This document shows positions 35,605 to 41,964 of a stretch of DNA of 41,964 nt, one piece after another. This DNA comes from Eremomyces bilateralis CBS 781.70 (Eukaryota), in NCBI GenBank assembly GCA_010015585.1, contig ML975173.1, one strand, 5' to 3'. The position numbers and the translations under genes were made by a program. Numbering within the stretch: position 1 is the stretch's first letter; each line of letters starts with the position of its first letter. The notes beneath the pieces are model-generated. The model saw only the letters and a list, made by a program, of their open reading frames with translations, was not told the DNA's origin and did no database searches.

Positions 35605-36641
35605 TTCTTGACCATTGACTCCACGAACTTGACTGCATCCCATCACCCAATTCACTTTCCGCACCACCTCTTCCGTCACAACGGTAATACTACACCTACG
35701 GCTGTAAGAGCGTCAGCATTTCGCAGGCCAATAGTCATCCATCTTCTGTCCTCCCCAACCCTCATTGAGTCCATCGCGCCGCACAGTCTTAGCCTTTCGT
35801 GTCTCGCGAGCGGAGACACCTACGCCATATCGCGCTCTCCGATCCTCATCAGTCATCATCCATCGGTACGTATCCCCCAAATTGCATTCGTCTCGGCCGC
35901 TCGCTTGCCTGCTTTTGTCGTCACCTGCTCTACCCTGTTAAACGAAATCGCCTCTTGAGGCTCTGCTGGTTGGATTCGATGCGCTAGTGCTTGCCGTGTG
36001 CAGCGCGGCGCGTCTTGCATCAAACTATCTTCGAGCTCGGTACCGCCTTGGAGGAACTCAGGAGTCAGGACGCGTTCTATTGCCTGTAGTCGCTGTTGGG
36101 GGATGATTCTTCCCGCGTCTATGGAAGTTTCTGTTCTTCCCTTCCACATCAAAGACCATTAGAGCATCCATCCCCGCCCGTTCCAGCTATAGCAGACACC
36201 CTCTTGCGTTCCCTCCCCCCATCAGCAACCCATTTGTGGATCCCATCTCCCTTCCCACACCACATCCTCTCTCATCAACCAAGCTGCCGGACCCGAGTGC
36301 GCTTGGAAGGAAGGTGTTTGGCTCAACTGATTGGCGAGCGAGCGGCAGCGTTGCATGTACGAAAGGCTCATAGCGGAAATTCAGGCAACGAAAAGGCAAC
36401 CAACCCTCTTACCTGTACACTTGCTCAGCAGCCCATCGGCACCCGCAAGCAAGCACGTAGCTCCTTTCGCAAATTTTCCAGCCGACAGACAACCCGAACG
36501 CCAAAGGTCCCCGATCCATCTTTGTTTCCCCCCATCCCTGCAGGCTGCGTTGCGTTCTCATCTGCAAGACCAAGTCCTAGTTGCCTTACCCTCTCGCAAG
36601 GTTCAGATCTGTTCAGTTGAGGAATAGTCCCGCGTTCAAAA

Positions 36642-39532
36642 ATGGGTAAGTCGCTCTTCTCCGTCCCCTCGACGCACTCCCTTCTCGCCCCCTCCAATCC
36701 TTGATATTATAACGTCCGTCGATCCGGTGCGCAATCGCTTGAGATCGGTCTTTCCCTCCTCCAACGTCTGCCTTGAGTTTGATTCTTGTTGCTTGTCGAC
36801 GGCTCTCGTTACTGGCATCGAAGATCAAGACGATTGGCTTGGCTGTCCGAAGGTGGAGCTATCTGTGGCTTCCGTTTGTTTTTATAGGTTCCCGTACTGA
36901 TTCCCGTTGGTGTAGCAGACGACAGCTATCGCCCGCAACAGGTGAGTGTGATCCGATTTTCCTTGCTCTTTTATATTTGAATCCCCAAATACCCTATGAT
37001 TTTGAAACGGTCCTTGAAGGTGGATGTTGAAATGGAGCGTGCTGGTGGTGGCGATGAAATGTTTGCCTCAGACGCTTGGGATGTTGCATCAAGGGGAAAC
37101 GCGGATAGCTACAGCACTTGGGATTTGCCGCCGAAAGTTGCTTCTCCTCTTTATCATCCGATGGAGATAGTGAAGAAGGTCCCAATCAATGTGCTGTTAG
37201 TCATCTACGCTTCCTGATCAGTGCACACACCTTCAGTGGAGGTGTATCTGTGTGTTGTAGCGGTCCTTCTCACCACCACCACCGCCGCCGAAGCACTTTC
37301 CTTCACTATCATCAACAATCATTTGGCCGCTCTCTCTTTCCATCGATTATCGCACACTCGCCTGTCTCCTTCTTCCTTTTTCATCACCCACTTCCTAAAT
37401 CTACCCATTCCATCCATCTCGATCATCCCGCTGCTTCCTTCCTCTCAATTGAATTCATCGCATTTTTGTTCCTTTCCCCGTCTCCCGCGCTCCCAATTCA
37501 ATTATAAATCCCAAGAAACTATCGCGATCCTATATTTCGACAGCCAACATGGCACAGGAGCTCACTTCCAACTCCCAGCGCGAACGGTCTCGCTCCCCGC
37601 GACGTCGTTCACGGAGCCCGCGACGCAGCCGTCGCTCCTACTCTCCTCGAAGCCGCTCCCGAAGCCGCGACGACTATCGACGTGAGCGACGATCCCGTTC
37701 GCCCATGAGCGGAACTGCCGGTCCTACAGGAGGGTATTCTGGGTCGTATCAATCTCGCGGACCTCCATCCCGGAACTTCGAAGATCGCGGCGTGGCAAAG
37801 GATCAGATGATGCAGTCCTTGCGCGAGAACTCCCAGCAAGACCGTCGCGTCTATGTGGGCAACCTGGCCTACGACGTGAAATGGCATCACTTGAAAGACT
37901 TCATGCGACAGGGTAAGTTCTAATCCAGTCGAAGGTCGAACGAAGACACAGTTTGCTAACACCCCTCCCATCTAGCCGGCGAGGTCCTGTTCGCCGACGT
38001 ACTCTTACTTCCCAATGGAATGTCGAAGGTGGGCTGAGGCTTGGTTTTTCTGGTTTTTGCTTTGGTTATGGAATTTGGATTGACGGATCGGGACTGGTTG
38101 TCCGCGGGATTTGTAGGGCTGCGGGTGAGTACCCTTGGTCTGGTCACATGGAATCGAACTGACGGCAAGGCAAGGATTGTGGAATACGCAACAAAGGACC
38201 AAGCGCAAAATGCGGTCAACACGCTGAGCAATCAAAATCTGATGGGTCGACTCGTCTACGTTCGAGAGGTTAGTTGTGCTTCATCCCGGATGAAGAGCCT
38301 TTCTACACAACTCTGGGTGCTAATTATCGTTCCTAGGACCGTGAATCCGAACCTCGCTTCACTGCGCCTGGAGCCTCCCGTGGTGGCTTCGACGGTGGCT
38401 TCGGCGGAGGCCGTGGAGGTTTTGGAGGCGGGCATGGAGCTCCCGGTGGTGGTGGGCGCCAGATCTACGTCTCCAACGTTTGTTCCCCTTCCCTCTCCTC
38501 TGTCGTAGGACATGTTAGAATGTTAACTCCCTTTTAGCTTCCCTACACCGTAGGCTGGCAGGATCTGAAGGACCTCTTCCGCCAAGCAGGTAAGTCTTCA
38601 ATGTTCAAAGGGTTGCTTATAGTTTGGAAGGACTCTCCGAGGACGCGATCGACTACGCATCGAACACGTCTAATAACTTACTAGCCGTGACAGGATCTGT
38701 AATCCGTGCCGATGTGCACCAGACTCCCGACGGCCGTCCCAAAGGCTCCGGAATCGTCGCGTTCGAGACTCCCGATGACGCTCGCAATGCGATCCAGCAG
38801 TTCAACGGATACGAATGGCAGGGTCGTGCCCTCGAAGTTCGCGAAGATCGATTCGCCGGACCTCCCGCTGGAGCTTTCGGTGGCCGTGGTGGATTTGGAG
38901 GAGGATTTGGAGGAGGCATGCGTGGTGGATTTGGAGGTCGTGGTGGATTTGGGGGTCGTGGAGGATTTGACGGTGGACGTGGAGGATTTGGCGGTGGACG
39001 TGGAGGATTCGGAGGTCCTCCTAGCTATGGTGGTGGTGCTCCTGGATTCGGTGGAGGTGCTGCTCCGGGCGGTGCGCCAAACCCCTTCACTGACTCTGCG
39101 ACGTCTGGAGGAGAGCGTAGTCCGATCATCTATGTGCGAAATGTGGGTACCCTCTCCTGGTTGCTTGGCAAGGACTATGCTAACCACATTGCAGCTCCCG
39201 TGGTCTACAAGCAATGAGGATCTGGTCGAGCTGTTCACCACCATCGGCAAGGTCGAACGTGCCGAAATTCAATACGAACCGAATGGCCGGTCCCGCGGTA
39301 CCGGTGTCGTCGAGTTCGATAGTGCAGAGAATGCGGAGACCGCTATCTGTGAGTACTACGGTCTGTCTCATCTGCTTTCGCTAATGTCTCCTCAGCCAAG
39401 TTCACTGGCTACCAGTACGGCGGACGTCCCCTTGGACTTAGCTTCGTGCGGTACAGCACTCTCGGAAACGGCGACGGCATGGCCATGGAAACGGATGCCA
39501 TCGGTGGCCTTACTCAGGAACAAATCATGTGA
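36642..39532 (+). CDS. GBP2: SR-like three-RRM mRNA-binding protein (Gbp2/Hrb1/SnxA family)
   Basis: Proposed exons 36642-36645, 36916-36941, 37558-37912, 37976-38028, 38117-38124, 38175-38268, 38337-38477, 38538-38589, 38685-39142, 39195-39348, 39396-39532. RS domain, RRM1 (RVYVGNL, WHHLKDFM, SKGCGIVEY), RRM2 (WQDLKDLF), RGG repeats, RRM3 (SRGTGVVEF). The first two exons are less certain than the body. Confidence 0.9.
37093..37256 (+). other. Predicted structured RNA element inside intron 2 of the GBP2/HRB1 gene
   Basis: Long imperfect stem 37095-37126 / 37177-37214 enclosing hairpin 37141-37175, plus a separate hairpin at about 37223-37254. Paired by eye. Confidence 0.55.
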
Positions 39533-39930
39533 AGGATGCTTTCATTCGTCCTCTGCACGACATCTGCTTTCGTCACTCGTTCGATATCTCCTAGCACTCG
39601 ACCCTGCTCGCTCATTCGTTTTGATGGCGACACCCGCCTTTTCTTTCAATGATCATCGCGGGTAGAGGGGAAGCTCCTGCTGGAGTTGTCGGAACACCTC
39701 GAAAACATTACATCGTCCACTGGAGAATGTCGCACATGGTGGGAACAACTGGGTCATTTCTTAAAGTGTCATTATCCCCTGGGACGAAGATTATGGGGTC
39801 CGCGTTTCTTTTCCACACTGGTACTCGAATATTTCATATCCAAAATGGTATATTTTCTAGTTTCTAAGTTCTAGATTGCAATCATGCTTTCGTATCATCC
39901 CGTGTTTCTCGTGCAAGGTTTGAGTGCCTT

Positions 39931-41066
39931 TCATACCGTATGAGGTATTTTCGGTGCTGACAATTCCTTCATCATCCACTCGTATACCGCCCATTGAACT
40001 GCGTTCACAATGAATGCCCTAACACTGCAGATACCCAGGCCTCTGAAGAAGACCGCCATCCCTTCCTCCCGATAGGCGATCTTCGCTATCTCCAATGCCC
40101 CGAGTCTCCGCTTGACAGTGGGCCGATCCTGGAGCAGGGCGCCGGCCTCCCCAGCCACGTGCGCCTCGAGAATCTGAGTCTGCACCCGAGTTTTAATAAC
40201 ATCTATGCATGGGTCAGCGGGGATACTGGTATCTACAATGAGGGGTCGAACCCAGTGGAAATATCGACGCCCACGTGATGATGCCCGCGAGACCACCACA
40301 GACGAGCACTTGAAACGCTGTGTCGCTGCCGGTGTCTTGTTCGGATGCCCAGGCGCGGCGGGAGAGTTCGTAGGACCAGAAGCTGTATGGGCGCACAAAG
40401 ATTAGCACATGGATGGAGACCTCCACACCACCGGGATGTCGAAATCTGCAACTACTTAGAGGATAAATGACGATCCCGATCTTACTAAAATCCATATCCC
40501 ACGGCATCCCGCACCGCAGTCACCATGCCTCCGAAATACAGCCCTCTAACCCCCTCCCTCACCAACACCTCCCTCGCGACCCCCCACGAGCTCGTCGGCC
40601 GCCCCCTCTCCTCCCTACCCCCACTCACCCGCTCCCCATCCCTCGCCACCTGCACCCGACACTTCACCAGCTCCGTCGGCGTCGACACCACAAACGTCGC
40701 CAACCCCGCCACCGCGCCCGCCGTCCACAGCGACCACGCCCCGGGCCTCCCCTGGGGTTCCCCCGTCCCTAGCAGCGCCAACGTGCGGTTATAGCTCGTG
40801 TACAGCAGAGCGTTTAAAGCGCCATAGGTGAGGACCGGGGCGGTGGCGCCGCGGAGGAGGGTGCTGGCATGGGTGAAGTGGGAGGCGAGGGTACGGGGGG
40901 AGGGGAGGTGGGTGATGGGAGCGGAGAGGGTGCTGGGAGAGCGGGAGGAGGAGGGGACGAGGGAAGGGTCGCCGGCTTGGAGGCGGGTTTTGAGGAGGTC
41001 GAGGGGATTGCCGATGAGGATGCTGGCGGCACCGGAGAGGTAGCCGGCCCAGAAGTCGGCGGACAT
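39931..41066 (-). CDS. Mitochondrial carrier (SLC25; carnitine/ornithine/YMC-like subgroup)
   Basis: Exons 41066-40486, 40382-40252, 40202-39931. Three carrier signatures: PLDLLKTRLQ, PTELVKCRVQ, PLDVIKTRVQ. Also RDAVGYGFYF and RAFIVNAVQW. Confidence 0.93.
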
Positions 41067-41685
41067 GGTGTGTTGGGTGGCGTTATTGGAGGGAGGTCAT
41101 GGTATTGGTGACAAGCGCGGGTGTGAGGTGGGACAAAAGCGGACGAAACGCTACACGGTGAAACAAATGGCGTGAGATGTGTATCCTACTCGCTTGTATT
41201 CCTGCAATTGGCACCAAATAAGACTGTAGCACCGTCAAGTAGTCGATTTAGTTGGAATAAGTCAAACCAAAGACCTCCACAAGCGAATGTGTACGGCTTC
41301 TCGAGATCCTTCTCTCCGCAAATCGTAATTAGACACAAAACCCCACGGTGGGGTTGGGGTTGTAGGTGTACCATCACGTGATTATGGAGCATAAATATCC
41401 CTCAGCCCGCGCCACACCTTGACGGCTTGACGCCACCGTTACATGGCAGTTATAGGAGGTGAGGAGGTGGTTTGGAAATGGCCATACTTTTCAAACACCT
41501 TCAATGGCAGCACCAAACACAGATTTGATCACATCAATTGCTACCGCATTTAAGCGGAATTTGGTTACAGAGCGTTTGCATTTCTAATCAAACATTACTC
41601 ATCAGCTGTCGCCACTCGTGCTATTCAGCTGCATATAAATATATCATCCGTAACGGGGGTGGGTGGGAAGGACGCTTGAAACAAT

Positions 41686-41964
41686 TCAGATGGTGAATTC
41701 CATGACTAACACTCGACCAGAAAGGTACCCAAATCCGACCACACCACCATGAACAGCAACTCGGACTGGTCGATATTCGGAGGGCAACCAAAGTAGTTTC
41801 TTACCATCTTGAAGGACCCATTGCTCTTCGACGAGGATGGATTGCGGAGAACTTGGGTGGGAAGGAGCTGGCGAGAAGGCTACGGCCGTGACGGGGTCCG
41901 AATGGTCCTTGAGCGTCTGCAGCGGCTTCCCCGACCCAGCGTCCCATAGCTTGACCGTCTGGTC
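41686..41964 (-). CDS. C-terminal fragment of a HET-E/NWD-type WD40 protein (probable NACHT-WD NLR), cut by the window edge
   Basis: Open frame DQTVKLWDAGSGKPLQTLKDHSDPVTAVAFSP...EQWVLQDGKKLLWLPSEYRP...GFGYLSGRVLVMEFTI*. WD repeat style and LLWLPxEYR tail are typical of fungal NACHT-WD proteins. The NACHT domain is not in the window. Confidence 0.8.
   Translation of the reverse strand, partial: DQTVKLWDAGSGKPLQTLKDHSDPVTAVAFSPAPSHPSSPQSILVEEQWVLQDGKKLLWLPSEYRPVRVAVHGGVVGFGYLSGRVLVMEFTI

Noticed and set aside
37020..37220. C/D-box snoRNA call (ATGTTGA ... CTGA)
   Set aside because: Box C is imperfect and I could not match the guide region to rRNA from memory, so it is kept only as an unassigned structured element.
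16587..39532. Functional cluster of NEDD8, Elongin A, THOC7 and GBP2 (cullin/TREX link)
   Set aside because: They are interspersed with unrelated housekeeping genes, and chance adjacency is sufficient without synteny data.
38706..39665. 319-aa overlapping + strand ORF rich in V/D/E/L
   Set aside because: Alternate-frame reading of the RGG/GGF repeats joined through an unspliced intron to an RRM3 exon of GBP2.

Overview
Gene-dense, intron-containing genomic DNA from a filamentous ascomycete (Pezizomycotina-type GT...CTRAY...YAG introns, mostly about 45-105 nt). Splice-aware reading supports these conserved genes: HMT1-type ABC half-transporter, RPS21, a DUF1772/anthrone-oxygenase-like protein, OST1, VTC4, NEDD8/RUB1, Elongin A, THOC7, tubulin cofactor A, MCM4, an NTF2-like fungal protein, EMP70/TM9SF, a GBP2/HRB1-type SR/RRM protein and a mitochondrial carrier. 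The C-terminus of a HET-E-like WD40 (probable NLR) gene lies at the right edge. An accessory interval (about 29.5-35.3 kb) holds a small secreted 6-Cys protein and a decayed gene joining a HeLo-like/STAND N-terminal domain to a CorA-like membrane domain. The most notable signals are four. (1) The GBP2/HRB1 gene has two small upstream exons missed by the ORF track, and a 616-nt intron with a large stem-loop and a candidate poison 3' splice site, suggesting splicing/NMD autoregulation. (2) A coding-like ORF ends on the NEDD8 start codons (ATGATG). (3) GC-rich gene segments repeatedly switch from C-rich to G-rich, regardless of gene orientation. (4) The HeLo-like/CorA-like pseudogene. All calls come from manual reading; no database searches or folding programs were run.
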